From an uncultured Rhizobium sp. (lineage in GTDB: Bacteria > Pseudomonadota > Alphaproteobacteria > Rickettsiales > UBA1997): a DNA stretch of 64,000 nucleotides. This document shows positions 1 to 9,899 of the stretch, piece after piece (the first letter of the stretch is position 1; every line of letters starts with the position of its first letter). Location: assembly GCA_964506725.1 (NCBI GenBank), contig CAZDLU010000008.1:73-64072 (forward strand). Reading direction: 5' to 3'. A program made the position numbers and the translations under genes. The notes under the pieces were generated by a model that saw only the letters and a program-made list of their open reading frames with translations, was not told where the DNA came from and did not search any database.

Positions 1-56
1 ATAAAAAGTTTCTGGGTGCGCGACTGGGTTTGTAACCCCGTCGCAACTTTCATTTC

Positions 57-1493
57 CTAAAACCAATTCATCAATTTAGAATAAATAGTTTCCTTACCTC
101 TAATCAAATCCACATCAATTACACCTTCATCATTTAAATCAATTTTTTTTACAATTCGGCCAAAAGGATCGACATAGGCTGTAATGCCAGTATTTGCAAC
201 TCTTGCCAAGGCAATTCCATACTCAGCGGCGCGCATTCTTGCCATATTTAAATGTTGATAAGGACCTGAACTTACGCCAAACCAAGCATCGTTAGTAACA
301 TTTACTAATAAATCAGGACGCGAATTTTTATTTACGGTTTCGCCGGAAAAAATAATTTCATAACAAATTAGCGGACTAAAAGTAAATCCTTGTGAGACCA
401 GTGTTTTAGCGCCTTCGCCTTCACTAAAACCAACGGCACCTTCAGTAATTTTATCAATAAAAGGTAAATATTTTTGTAATGGCACATATTCGCCGAAAGG
501 CACTAAGTGATGTTTGTCGTAAAAATTTTCTACACCATTTCTACTGATTGTAAAAACACTGTTAAAGGCTTTGAATTCATAATCATTTTCAATGCGTAAT
601 GCACCTGTAATCAAGCGTCCATGCGGAGGAATAGCTGATTTTAATTTTGTAATTAATTCATCGGAAATTGCATAAGGAACTGAAGTTTCTGACCAAATTA
701 CGCTGTTAATATTTTTTAAATCAGTGGAATTTGTCAGGTCAATTGTTTTAACCAGATTTAAATATTTTATTTCCGGATCCCATTTCATTTCTTGTTTGAT
801 ATTTGCTTGAACCAGGCGTAGCTTGGTCTTGTCGTCAATTACCAATTCGGTATTTTTAATATAAAAAAATCCGTAAAAGAAATTAGCAGCGAATAAAATT
901 ATTAAAAATACAGCAAAAATTCTGTCGGATTTATTTTGTTTTTGTAAAAATAAAATCGGTAGCAAAGAAATTAAAACGGCCAGAAAGCTTAAGCCAAGCA
1001 CTCCGAAGAGATTAGCGCTTTGGAAGAAATTTTCATTAAACATCCAAATATAACCAAGCAAATTCCATGGAAATCCGCTAAAAAGATGCGAGCGCAAAAA
1101 TTCAAAAATTATCCAAAGCGCGGCAAATATTAAAACTTTTTGATAATTTTCTTTGTAATTAAAATATTTATAACATAGCGCAAATAGCGCCAAATATAGC
1201 GCCAAAACGGATGGAATGATTGTAATCGTAAAGGGAATTAACCAAGCAAATCTTGCCGCATCAACTAAAAGTGAAATACAAATCCAATAATTTCCGGCAA
1301 GAAAAAATCCATAACCGAATAAAAATCCGCGCCAAAAAGTTGTTTTTTTATTTTTAGAATCTTCTAGAAGAAGAAAAAAAATTGTTAAAGAAATTATTGC
1401 AGCGGGAAAAAAATTAAATGGCGCAAAGGCAAGAGCAAGTAAGCTTCCGCTGATTAGTGAAAAAATTTTAGGATTGTTTATCAATAATTTCAT
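57..1493 (-). CDS. lnt: apolipoprotein N-acyltransferase
   Basis: 478-aa ORF. Multi-TM N-terminal half followed by a carbon-nitrogen hydrolase domain (WSETSVP, HHLVPFGEYVP, SPLICYEIIF with the catalytic Cys context, NVTNDAWFG). Confidence 0.9.
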   Translation of the reverse strand: MKLLINNPKIFSLISGSLLALAFAPFNFFPAAIISLTIFFLLLEDSKNKKTTFWRGFLFGYGFFLAGNYWICISLLVDAARFAWLIPFTITIIPSVLALYLALFALCYKYFNYKENYQKVLIFAALWIIFEFLRSHLFSGFPWNLLGYIWMFNENFFQSANLFGVLGLSFLAVLISLLPILFLQKQNKSDRIFAVFLIILFAANFFYGFFYIKNTELVIDDKTKLRLVQANIKQEMKWDPEIKYLNLVKTIDLTNSTDLKNINSVIWSETSVPYAISDELITKLKSAIPPHGRLITGALRIENDYEFKAFNSVFTISRNGVENFYDKHHLVPFGEYVPLQKYLPFIDKITEGAVGFSEGEGAKTLVSQGFTFSPLICYEIIFSGETVNKNSRPDLLVNVTNDAWFGVSSGPYQHLNMARMRAAEYGIALARVANTGITAYVDPFGRIVKKIDLNDEGVIDVDLIRGKETIYSKLMNWF

Positions 1494-1497
1494 AATT

Positions 1498-3483
1498 TTA
1501 TTTTCTTACATAAACTTCAAAATCAAATACGGTTTTTTTGGTAGCCGGTTTAACATTGTCAAAAACATCCGGTTTTTCTTTGCTGTAAAATTTTATTTTG
1601 CTAATTGGCTTAATTGTTTTTTCAATTATTACGCGATTTTCAAAATGGAAATTTTCAAAAAATAATTTTCTAAATTCATAATCTAAAAAATAATATTCTA
1701 AACTTCCAATCAAACAGCGATCGCTTTTTTCTAAGTTCGAAAAATCATTATTAACAAAAATAACTTTTATATTTTTATTTTTTAACTGCTGTTTTAAATC
1801 ATCAAATAAATAAGAAAAAGTAAAGGCGCGCATTTTATCGCCGCTAAACATCATTTTATTATTGCCATTTCCGGCTGAGGCCTGTGTTGACGCGATGTGG
1901 AAGGTTTGATAATTTTCCTTGTTTAAATATTTAATCAGCGGAAATTGGTGAACAATCCAATTTGAAATTGCAATTACGCCATCACTTTTTTTGTCGGCAA
2001 ACTTATTGATGTAATAGGCTCTGGCATCAGAAAATGGGCTGGGAGATAAAGCCAAATCATCTTTTTTCATAATATTTGCAATCGAAATAATATAAGAATA
2101 AAGCAAACTGGCGATTGCAGCCATTATCATAAAATTGGTGAAGCTAGAAAATTTTTGTGCCGGATTTTTTTTCTCAAAGAAAAATAGTAATAAAAATAAT
2201 AGAGATAAATTAAATGTTATATAGAGCCAGCCGTTGTTTTTTATGGCTAAAACAGCACAAAGCGCCGCTAAAATATAAATAAAAATTGCGATAGTTATTT
2301 TTTTTAAATTAAGATTTTTTCTAAAAATAAATGGTAGAAAAAATGCCAAAAGCCACCAACTATTGGCAAAGCCGCCAAGCCCGAATATTGCGGCAGGCAG
2401 AATTTCTAAATCAAATAGCGGAATAAAGAACAAGCAAAGCGTTATGAATTTATTTTTATCAAAAATAAATTGTGGCATGGTAAAAAAATCATAAGCTAAT
2501 TTTAAATAAGTGATGGTAATGATTGCATAAAAAATTGTGATTTGATCTATGGTGGCAGCGCTTTCAGCGATGAGAAGTAGTGATGCGCCAATATAACTGG
2601 CGATTAAAATTTTGTCATTTTCGCTGGGTTTTTTGTAAGCAAAAATAAGAAAAATAAAAATGAAAACCAGAATTCGGGCGCTGAAATGAATTAGCGTATT
2701 ACTTAAAAATAAATTTAAATTGTCATAAGCGCTGTAAAATTTTTGCCACATCGGCACCATGAAAATGAAAAAATCCGGGGTGAATCTTAGCATTAAATGC
2801 AGGTAAATCGCGCCTGTAAGATACATTGCGAGTTTGTCGGTTTGGAAAAAAAATAAGAAATTTTTCTTTTGTAGAAATTTATAAAATTCAATTGCGGCAA
2901 TTAACAAAATATATTGCGGCTTAATGCATGGAATCAGTCCCATCAATATTCCGCGTTGTATTAATTGTGATTTTGTCAGCAGGTTTTGACGCTCAAAAGA
3001 AAAAGAAAGATAGGGATAAAAAGTAATCAATAGCAAACTGGTTTTGGTGCCGAACTCGCCGATTGTAAGAGCGAAAGGACGTAAGAAGAAACCGAGGAAA
3101 TAACTAATAAGGATTAAGTTGTAATATTTTTTATCAAAAGTTGTTTCTTTTAAAATTTTCGCTGAATAGAAAATTGAAAGAAGTGCTAAAATATTTATGA
3201 TAATTTCAGAAAAAATTATTGGATTTATGTGAAGTGCTTTGGATGCGTGATATTCAAGGGCGTAAAGATAAAAAGAAAAAGGGAAATTACTTTCAAAAAA
3301 GCCGGAAAAATATTTTTTTCCTTCCGCAATTTTTTGGCCTAAATCAATGTAAACTGCAGTGTCGGCACCAATGTCAATTAATGAGCGCAAAAAAATGCTG
3401 AGCAAAAAAATTATAACGCAGGAAAAATAAAGAAATTTTTTATTTTCTAACATAAACCTCAAAGTCGCGTTCAATGATTTCAT
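1498..3483 (-). CDS. polytopic membrane protein, GT-C (ArnT/PMT-like) glycosyltransferase-like, paralog 1
   Basis: 661-aa ORF with more than 10 predicted TM helices. N-terminal loop DIGADTAVYIDLGQKIAEGKKYF resembles GT-C family loops. The C-terminal soluble domain ends FDFEVYVRK, like the upstream paralog. Confidence 0.45.
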   Translation of the reverse strand: MKSLNATLRFMLENKKFLYFSCVIIFLLSIFLRSLIDIGADTAVYIDLGQKIAEGKKYFSGFFESNFPFSFYLYALEYHASKALHINPIIFSEIIINILALLSIFYSAKILKETTFDKKYYNLILISYFLGFFLRPFALTIGEFGTKTSLLLITFYPYLSFSFERQNLLTKSQLIQRGILMGLIPCIKPQYILLIAAIEFYKFLQKKNFLFFFQTDKLAMYLTGAIYLHLMLRFTPDFFIFMVPMWQKFYSAYDNLNLFLSNTLIHFSARILVFIFIFLIFAYKKPSENDKILIASYIGASLLLIAESAATIDQITIFYAIITITYLKLAYDFFTMPQFIFDKNKFITLCLFFIPLFDLEILPAAIFGLGGFANSWWLLAFFLPFIFRKNLNLKKITIAIFIYILAALCAVLAIKNNGWLYITFNLSLLFLLLFFFEKKNPAQKFSSFTNFMIMAAIASLLYSYIISIANIMKKDDLALSPSPFSDARAYYINKFADKKSDGVIAISNWIVHQFPLIKYLNKENYQTFHIASTQASAGNGNNKMMFSGDKMRAFTFSYLFDDLKQQLKNKNIKVIFVNNDFSNLEKSDRCLIGSLEYYFLDYEFRKLFFENFHFENRVIIEKTIKPISKIKFYSKEKPDVFDNVKPATKKTVFDFEVYVRK

Positions 3484-4921
3484 GGTCTAACGATATGTTT
3501 GGAATTTCTTTGTCGGCAAAAAATTCGATATTTTTTTGGTAAGATTTTGTTGAAGTCAAGCGATTTAAGAAAGCATAATTTTCTAAAAATAATTTTTTAA
3601 ATTCTTCATCTTTAAAAGCTTCTTCAAGAACGCCGATTTTACATTCGCTATCAGAATTGTAATTCTTTTTTTCGATAAAAATTAAGTCGGGGAAATTTTT
3701 AATAGTAACGATTGATGATAATTCGATTGAACTTTTACTGTAATTTTTTAGAGAAAAATTATTGTAAGAATTAGAAGATACGACCAATGTTTTCAGGGCT
3801 TTATTGTTGTTTATGGTTTGTAATATTTCATTGCTGATTTTGTTTGGTGATTTATAGCGCGCGGAAGGAGAATTATAGCCAAAAATTGCCGACAAATAGA
3901 GACTTGCAATATAAGAAATTGCCGTGAAAAAAATTGCAGTATGAACTTTATTAAAAGAGGTTGGTCTTAGAAAGATATAGATCGCGAGCCATAAAATAAA
4001 AAAATAAAGAGCAATGCTAAAGAAATTTGCGGCATCAAATTGCGGAACTATTAAAATAAATAATATCATTAAAGCATCGCGGCGCCAGTTGATTTGAGGG
4101 GCGATTTTGTAAATTGCCAATGTGATTAAGGGAAGGGAGATGGAAAAGAAAATTGTGCGATTGTCGTAATTGTCGGGAAAAAGAAAGAGTAGGATTGTGG
4201 CATATATTAAAACGGGATATGAAAGTGGCAAAAAGGTGTCAGAGACCTTTTCCGGAGAAGTGTGTAAGTTAGTAGTTGCCACTCTTATGCCCAATAGAAT
4301 TATTAGTACCGGCAAAATATCTTCCTTAAAAATCACAAATCTGGCATTATTTTCAAAATCTATCATCGAAAATAAAATGGCCACCAAGCCAAGCAATAGT
4401 AGGCCAAAAACTATTTTATCAATTTTATTTTTCTTAACTAAAAAATAACAAATTGCCGGAAAGGCTAATGCCAAAATCAAACTTGTTTTGGTAAAAAATT
4501 CATTAAATTGCAAAGTATAAGCGCGCCAAAAAAAACCGATGGCTATGCTTGTAATTAGCAGGTTCAACAAAAAGGGGTCAGAAAAGGGGTCAGACCCCTT
4601 TTTTAGGATTTTATAACAAAAAATGATAGTAAAAATTCCAAGTAAATTTACTAAAATTTCACCGTCAATTATTGGTAGATGAAGTTGCCATAAATTTAAG
4701 GCAGAAGCGGGCCCACCATCTATTGCAGATCTTACTAGAATACTGCTTAAAATTACTAATGAGCAGGTAAAAAATGCGCTGGATTTTTTAGATAAAACTT
4801 TATGCAAAAAAGCAATTAATAATTGCAATTTTTCTAGCAAAAATTTTTCGATTTTAAGCGCTAAGATTAACCTTTTTTCTTCGATTTTTCCTTGTATAGT
4901 TACAATGTCTAGTTTATGCAT
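3440..4921 (-). CDS. polytopic membrane protein, GT-C-like, paralog 2
   Basis: The ORF runs to 4939, but that start is a TTG inside a palindrome, so I chose the first ATG (MHKLDIV...) at 4921. Multi-TM. The C-terminal domain (EFKKLFLENYAFLNR...RDFEVYVRK) parallels paralog 1 (EFRKLFFENFHFENR...FDFEVYVRK). Confidence 0.45.
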   Translation of the reverse strand: MHKLDIVTIQGKIEEKRLILALKIEKFLLEKLQLLIAFLHKVLSKKSSAFFTCSLVILSSILVRSAIDGGPASALNLWQLHLPIIDGEILVNLLGIFTIIFCYKILKKGSDPFSDPFLLNLLITSIAIGFFWRAYTLQFNEFFTKTSLILALAFPAICYFLVKKNKIDKIVFGLLLLGLVAILFSMIDFENNARFVIFKEDILPVLIILLGIRVATTNLHTSPEKVSDTFLPLSYPVLIYATILLFLFPDNYDNRTIFFSISLPLITLAIYKIAPQINWRRDALMILFILIVPQFDAANFFSIALYFFILWLAIYIFLRPTSFNKVHTAIFFTAISYIASLYLSAIFGYNSPSARYKSPNKISNEILQTINNNKALKTLVVSSNSYNNFSLKNYSKSSIELSSIVTIKNFPDLIFIEKKNYNSDSECKIGVLEEAFKDEEFKKLFLENYAFLNRLTSTKSYQKNIEFFADKEIPNISLDHEIIERDFEVYVRK

Positions 4922-4935
4922 GTTTATATTTTGCA

Positions 4936-4984
4936 GCAACCCTCACCCTAACCCTCTCTCTCAAGGGAGAGGGTGAGGGGTTGC
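4936..4984. repeat. nested GC-rich palindrome (gcaaccctcaccct...agggtgaggggttgc)
   Basis: Read directly. Outer arms of 14 and 15 nt (the right arm has one extra g) and an inner ccctctc/gagaggg stem, in the divergent spacer between the membrane-protein gene and icd. Confidence 0.7.
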
Positions 4985-5015
4985 TTGGGTAAGGCTAAAA
5001 ACTATAGGTAAACAA

Positions 5016-6500
5016 ATGACAAAAACAATCACAATCGCTTACGGCGACGGCATTGGTCCGGAAATCATGGAAAGCGTTCTTGCGATATTGCGCGAGTCCG
5101 GTGCCGATGTGCGCTTTAATATTATCGAAGTTGGCGAAAATATTTATGAGAAAGGGTTTGACTCGGGCCTTATGCCATCTGCTTGGGAGGCGCTTGCCGA
5201 GAGTCGTGTTTTGTTGAAAGCTCCGATTACAACTCCGCAAGGCGGCGGTTATAAAAGTTTGAATGTGACTTTGCGAAAAAAGCTTGGACTCTTTGCCAAT
5301 GTAAGACCGGTAGTTTCTTTTTATCCTTTTGTTGCCACGAATTTTAAGAAAATGGATGTGGTTATTGTGCGTGAAAATGAGGAAGATTTATATGCCGGAA
5401 TTGAATATCGCCAATCCATGGAAACCTATGAGTGCTTGAAATTAGTGACTCGCGAGGGATGCGAGAAAATTATTCGCTATGCTTTTGAATATGCTTTGGC
5501 GAATGGTCGCAAAAAAGTTAGCTGTTTTTCTAAAGATAATATTATGAAAATAACTGATGGTTTATTTCATAAAACTTTTAATGAAATTGCAAAAGAATAT
5601 CCGCAAATTGAAAATGATCATTACATTGTGGATATAGGAACGGCTCGTCTTGCCGCCAAACCGCAAATTTTTGATGTGATTGTGACAATGAATTTATATG
5701 GCGATATTATTTCGGATGTAGCGGCAGAAATTTCAGGTTCGGTAGGCTTGGCGGGTTCAGCAAATATCGGGCGTGATTACGCGATGTTTGAAGCAATTCA
5801 TGGCTCGGCGCCTGATATTGCCGAAAAAAATATCGCTAATCCTACGGGTTTGCTTAATGCTGCGGTGATGATGTTGGTGCATATCGGGCAATATGAGGTG
5901 GCAAATAAAGTCAGGAATGCACTTTATAAAACGCTGGAAGATGGAATCCATACGGTGGATATATATAATGAAAATAATAGCAAAAAACAGGTCGGAACCA
6001 AAGAGTTTTCCGATGCAGTAATTGCAAGGCTTGGACAAGTTCCGGAAAAATTGGCGTTGGCTAATTTTGCTAAAATTTCTGCAACAAACTCTGAAATTAA
6101 AAAACTGGAAAAGCCAACAGAAACAAAGTCTCTCATTGGTTTTGATTTATTTATAGAATGGAATGATGAATTTGAGAATTTAATTGCGCTGTTAAATAAA
6201 TTGGAAAGTGAAAAATTGGAAATAAAAATGATTAGTGCCAAGGGTCTGCTATTGTGGCCGCATCTCGATAAACACATGATGCCGAATTTTAATCGGGGCC
6301 AAGTTGTTTTGCGTTTTATCGGCAAAGGAATTACTGGTAAAAATAGTAATGATATTATAAATTCCGCTAAAACAATTTCGCGCCAAGACATTATTGAAAT
6401 GCTCAATATTTTAGATGAAGAAAATATTGATTTTATAAAATATGAAGGCTTGTATTTGTTTGACGGAAAGCCAGGTTATACATCGGGGCAGGGCGAATAA
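5016..6500 (+). CDS. icd: NADP-dependent isocitrate dehydrogenase, long Rickettsia-type
   Basis: 494 aa. Isocitrate/isopropylmalate dehydrogenase signatures (ITIAYGDGIGPEIM, LKAPITTPQGGGYKSLNVTLRK, NLYGDIISDVAAEISGSVGLAGSANIG, HGSAPDIAEKNIANP) plus a ~140-aa C-terminal extension ending ...GYTSGQGE, as I remember for Rickettsia Icd. Confidence 0.92.
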   Translation: MTKTITIAYGDGIGPEIMESVLAILRESGADVRFNIIEVGENIYEKGFDSGLMPSAWEALAESRVLLKAPITTPQGGGYKSLNVTLRKKLGLFANVRPVVSFYPFVATNFKKMDVVIVRENEEDLYAGIEYRQSMETYECLKLVTREGCEKIIRYAFEYALANGRKKVSCFSKDNIMKITDGLFHKTFNEIAKEYPQIENDHYIVDIGTARLAAKPQIFDVIVTMNLYGDIISDVAAEISGSVGLAGSANIGRDYAMFEAIHGSAPDIAEKNIANPTGLLNAAVMMLVHIGQYEVANKVRNALYKTLEDGIHTVDIYNENNSKKQVGTKEFSDAVIARLGQVPEKLALANFAKISATNSEIKKLEKPTETKSLIGFDLFIEWNDEFENLIALLNKLESEKLEIKMISAKGLLLWPHLDKHMMPNFNRGQVVLRFIGKGITGKNSNDIINSAKTISRQDIIEMLNILDEENIDFIKYEGLYLFDGKPGYTSGQGE

Positions 6501-6514
6501 TTTTAAAAAAATTT

Positions 6515-7783
6515 ATGGCAGAAAATAATGACGCAATTATCAGCATTATTTCCAATAGTTTGGCTGACAATAATTTTTGTTGGCAATTTTTAGCGATTGC
6601 ATCTTGTTTTGTTTTGGCTTTTTTCTTCTACAAAATCCTGCGCCGTTTTGTGATGCCGAAAATTATTTCACGAACTTTTAAAAATAATGCTGAATTAAAT
6701 CGCTTGATGACACGCTATTTGATTCCGCTGCTTTATCCTTTGACGCTGTTTATCCTACTTGTGCTTGGCTTGATGATCTATGGCGGATTTTTTTGCGAGA
6801 CTTTGGTTTTTGTAGTGATGATAAAATTAATCGCACTTTTTGTTTTTTTGCGTTTCTTAAAAATTTCGTCAAATAATAATTTTATCACTAATGCTGCCGG
6901 ATTGTTTTTAATTCCGGCTGTTACACTTGATGCCTTTGGTTTACTGGATCCGACTATTGAATTTCTTGATCAATATGCCATTAAAATCGGTAGTGTAAAA
7001 ATTTCGATTTATCTTGTGATGAAAGCTTTTGTTGTTTTATTAATTGTTTTTTGGTCATCAAATTTAATAAGTCGAAAAAGCAAAATTTACATCGACCGTA
7101 ATCGTAATATCAAATCAAGTACTAAAAATATTTTAAGCAAATTCGTTGATATTATAATTTATTCAATAATTACCATAATTCTGCTTAAAACCTTCGGTGT
7201 TGATATGACAACTCTTGCGGTGATTGGAGGTGCTGTCGGTGTTGGTATCGGATTTGGTTTGCAAAAAATTACTTCAAATTTTATTAGCGGAATTATTTTG
7301 CTTTTTGAAAAATCAATTGAGATCGGTGATATTGTTGAGCTTGAAAACTCCGGAACTTATGGCACGGTAAAACATTTCAGTAGTCGTTACACTTTGATTG
7401 AAGGCACTGACGGCAAGGAAATAATGGTGCCAAATGAGGAATTTATTATCAACAAAGTTACAAACTGGACTTATTCAAATAATCGCGCGCGTATTGAAAT
7501 CAGGCTTGGCGTGGTGCATGGCTCTGATTTAAAATTAGTAAAAGAAATTATGTTGCAATGTGCGAAAGAATGCGCGCGTTGTTTAAGTTATCCGGAAGTT
7601 GAGTGTTTTGTTACCGATTTCGGTGAATCAGATGTTAAATTTGTTTTATATTTTTGGGTTAGCGATATTGTTGCCGGCAGAATGGGACCAAAAAGCGAAG
7701 TGATTATGAATATTTGGAAAAAATTTGAAGAAAATAATATTAAAATTGCTTTGCCGCAAAGGGAAGTAAAAGTAGTAAATTAA
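6515..7783 (+). CDS. mechanosensitive ion channel, MscS family
   Basis: 422 aa. N-terminal TM helices, then an MscS core (LAVIGGAVGVGIGFGLQKITSNFISGIILLFEKSIEIGD...VPNEEFIINKVTNW). Confidence 0.85.
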   Translation: MAENNDAIISIISNSLADNNFCWQFLAIASCFVLAFFFYKILRRFVMPKIISRTFKNNAELNRLMTRYLIPLLYPLTLFILLVLGLMIYGGFFCETLVFVVMIKLIALFVFLRFLKISSNNNFITNAAGLFLIPAVTLDAFGLLDPTIEFLDQYAIKIGSVKISIYLVMKAFVVLLIVFWSSNLISRKSKIYIDRNRNIKSSTKNILSKFVDIIIYSIITIILLKTFGVDMTTLAVIGGAVGVGIGFGLQKITSNFISGIILLFEKSIEIGDIVELENSGTYGTVKHFSSRYTLIEGTDGKEIMVPNEEFIINKVTNWTYSNNRARIEIRLGVVHGSDLKLVKEIMLQCAKECARCLSYPEVECFVTDFGESDVKFVLYFWVSDIVAGRMGPKSEVIMNIWKKFEENNIKIALPQREVKVVN

Positions 7784-7784
7784 C

Positions 7785-8162
7785 ATGGCAAAAATAATTA
7801 TAGCAAAAAATTTTTCAGATGCGCGCGGTTCGCTCACTGTTACAGATGAAAGAGAATTAGGTTTTTCGGTTAAAAGAATTTTTAATATTTATAACTTGAA
7901 ACCAAATTCCGAGCGCGGTGGTCATGGTCATAAAAAATCGGTAATGGCGATGTCTTGTCCGACCGGATCTTGTGAAATTTACATTAATGACGGCGAAAAA
8001 ATTTCAACTTTTAAGCTAGATAATCCAACGCAATTTATTGTTTTACAACCCCATGAATGGCATAAGATGTATGATTTTGCCGAAGGCACTTCAATTCAGG
8101 TTTTAGCTTCGGAATTTTACAGTCCTGATGATTATTTTTACGAAGAACCGAAATTGAAATAA
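7785..8162 (+). CDS. WxcM/FdtA-like sugar 3,4-ketoisomerase (cupin)
   Basis: 125 aa. FSDARGSLTV...KRIFNIY...ERGGHGHKK...PHEWHKM matches the FdtA/QdtA/WxcM small cupin pattern. It lies next to the dTDP-sugar genes. Confidence 0.7.
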   Translation: MAKIIIAKNFSDARGSLTVTDERELGFSVKRIFNIYNLKPNSERGGHGHKKSVMAMSCPTGSCEIYINDGEKISTFKLDNPTQFIVLQPHEWHKMYDFAEGTSIQVLASEFYSPDDYFYEEPKLK

Positions 8163-8168
8163 AAGCCT

Positions 8169-8203
8169 CGATGTCATGCTTCGACAATCTCAGTATGACA
8201 TCG
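8169..8203. repeat. short copy of the gtcatgc...gcatgac palindromic element (family 2)
   Basis: cgatgtcatgcttcgacaatctcagtatgacatcg. Terminal 9-nt inverted arms. The core is related to the copies at 35231, 62912 and 26904. Confidence 0.6.
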
Positions 8204-8222
8204 AAAATGTTTATAATAATTT

Positions 8223-9899
8223 ATGAATTCAGCACCTCTAGTAATTTTTGCCTATAACCGCCCCTTGCACTTAAAGCAAGTTGTTGAGGCTGTTGCAAGT
8301 AATGATTTAGCGGATCAAACCAATGTCATATTTTTTTGCGATGGCGCGAGAAATGAAAAGGATGAAATCAAAGTTGCCGAAGTAAAAAATTACTTAGAAA
8401 GCATAAAGGATTCTAAAATTTTTAAATCAATTGCGATTAATTATTCTTCGATAAATAAAGGCTTGGCGCGTTCGATCATTGAGGGAGTGAGCGCAATAGT
8501 TAGTGAGTTTGGTCGGATAATTGTTCTTGAAGATGATTTAGTGCCGGCGAAATATTTTCTAACTTACATGAATGAAGCGCTTGATTTATATGAAAGCGAT
8601 GTAGAAGTTGCAAGTATTCACGCCTATATTTATCCGATAAAAAAAGCTTTGCCGAAAACATTTTTTATTCGTGGCGCCGACTGTTGGGGCTGGGCCACTT
8701 GGAAGCGCGGTTGGGATTTATTTGAAAAAGACGGCAGCAAACTTTTGTGTGAATTAGAAGAAAAAAATCTGACAAAAAAATTTGATTTTGATGGTTGTTA
8801 TCCCTACACGCAAATGCTTCGCGACCAAATTTCAGGTAAAAATAATTCTTGGGCGATTAGATGGTATGCTTCAGCATTTTTGAAAAATAAATTCACGCTT
8901 TATCCGTATAAATCATTCGTAAAAAACATTGGCAATGATGGCAGCGGCACGCATTGCGCCGATATTGACGATTTTGACAGTGCTATAAATAATGAAAAAA
9001 TAATACTTAAAAAAATTGCCGTTAAGCAAGAAGAAAAAGCTTACAATTTAATGAAAGAAGCTTTGAAACCACAAAGAAATTTATGGCAAAAAATAATACA
9101 TAAATTACAAAAAAAATTAAAAAAACGTCAGAAGAAAAAAGAAAAATATGGTTGGTTTTTTACTGATTTAAATTGGCATGAGGCTAAGAGCGCATGCAGT
9201 GGATATGATGATGCAAAAATTTTGGAAAAATGTAAGAATGCTCTCCTTCGCGTAAAAAATAATGAAGCGGTTTTTGAACGCGATTCGGTGCTTTTTGATA
9301 AAATAGAATATTCTTGGCCGGTTTTATCGGGACTGCTTTTGTCGGCATCGCTTAATTCAGGAAAGCTTGAAATCATTGACTTCGGAGGATCTTTGGGAAG
9401 TTGTTATTTTCAAAATAGAAAATTTTTAAATTTATTGCCGGAAGTGAAATGGAATATTGTTGAACAAAAAAACTTTGTTGAATGCGGTAAAAGATATTTT
9501 GAGGATGAAAAATTAAAATTTTATTACGACATTGATTCTTGTTTAAAAGAAAATTCCGTTAATGCAATTTTACTTTCCAGTGTTATTCAATATTTAGAAG
9601 AGCCCTACAAAATGCTGGATGAAATCATATCTAAAAAATTTGAATTCATTATTTTTGATCTAACGGGTTTTTACAATCAGGATAAGGATGTTTTGACAAT
9701 TCAAAAAGTTTGGCCGGAAGTTTATGAAGCCAGCTATCCTTGCTGGTTTTTTAGCAAGACAAAGTTTTTTGCAAAAATTTTAGAAAAATATGATTTGATC
9801 GAAGAATTCGAGTCGCATTTCGGTGCTGATATTTCAATAGACGGTAGAGTGGAAGCTAAATATTTGGGTGCAATTTTTAAAATAAAAAAAGATGCTTAA
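8223..9899 (+). CDS. bifunctional glycosyltransferase / SAM-methyltransferase-like fusion
   Basis: 558 aa. The N-terminal half is GT-A-like (IVLEDDLVP). A Lys-rich linker follows (KKLKKRQKKKEK). The C-terminal half resembles the TIGR04325/LIC12133-type methyltransferase (YGWFFTDLNWHEAKSACSGYD..., IIDFGGSLGSCYFQN). Confidence 0.6.
   Translation: MNSAPLVIFAYNRPLHLKQVVEAVASNDLADQTNVIFFCDGARNEKDEIKVAEVKNYLESIKDSKIFKSIAINYSSINKGLARSIIEGVSAIVSEFGRIIVLEDDLVPAKYFLTYMNEALDLYESDVEVASIHAYIYPIKKALPKTFFIRGADCWGWATWKRGWDLFEKDGSKLLCELEEKNLTKKFDFDGCYPYTQMLRDQISGKNNSWAIRWYASAFLKNKFTLYPYKSFVKNIGNDGSGTHCADIDDFDSAINNEKIILKKIAVKQEEKAYNLMKEALKPQRNLWQKIIHKLQKKLKKRQKKKEKYGWFFTDLNWHEAKSACSGYDDAKILEKCKNALLRVKNNEAVFERDSVLFDKIEYSWPVLSGLLLSASLNSGKLEIIDFGGSLGSCYFQNRKFLNLLPEVKWNIVEQKNFVECGKRYFEDEKLKFYYDIDSCLKENSVNAILLSSVIQYLEEPYKMLDEIISKKFEFIIFDLTGFYNQDKDVLTIQKVWPEVYEASYPCWFFSKTKFFAKILEKYDLIEEFESHFGADISIDGRVEAKYLGAIFKIKKDA

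Noticed and set aside
17-45. Hairpin gcgactgggtt...aaccccgtcgc downstream of lnt, considered as a terminator
   Set aside because: The stem is imperfect with no clear T-run, and it lies at the window edge where the context is missing.
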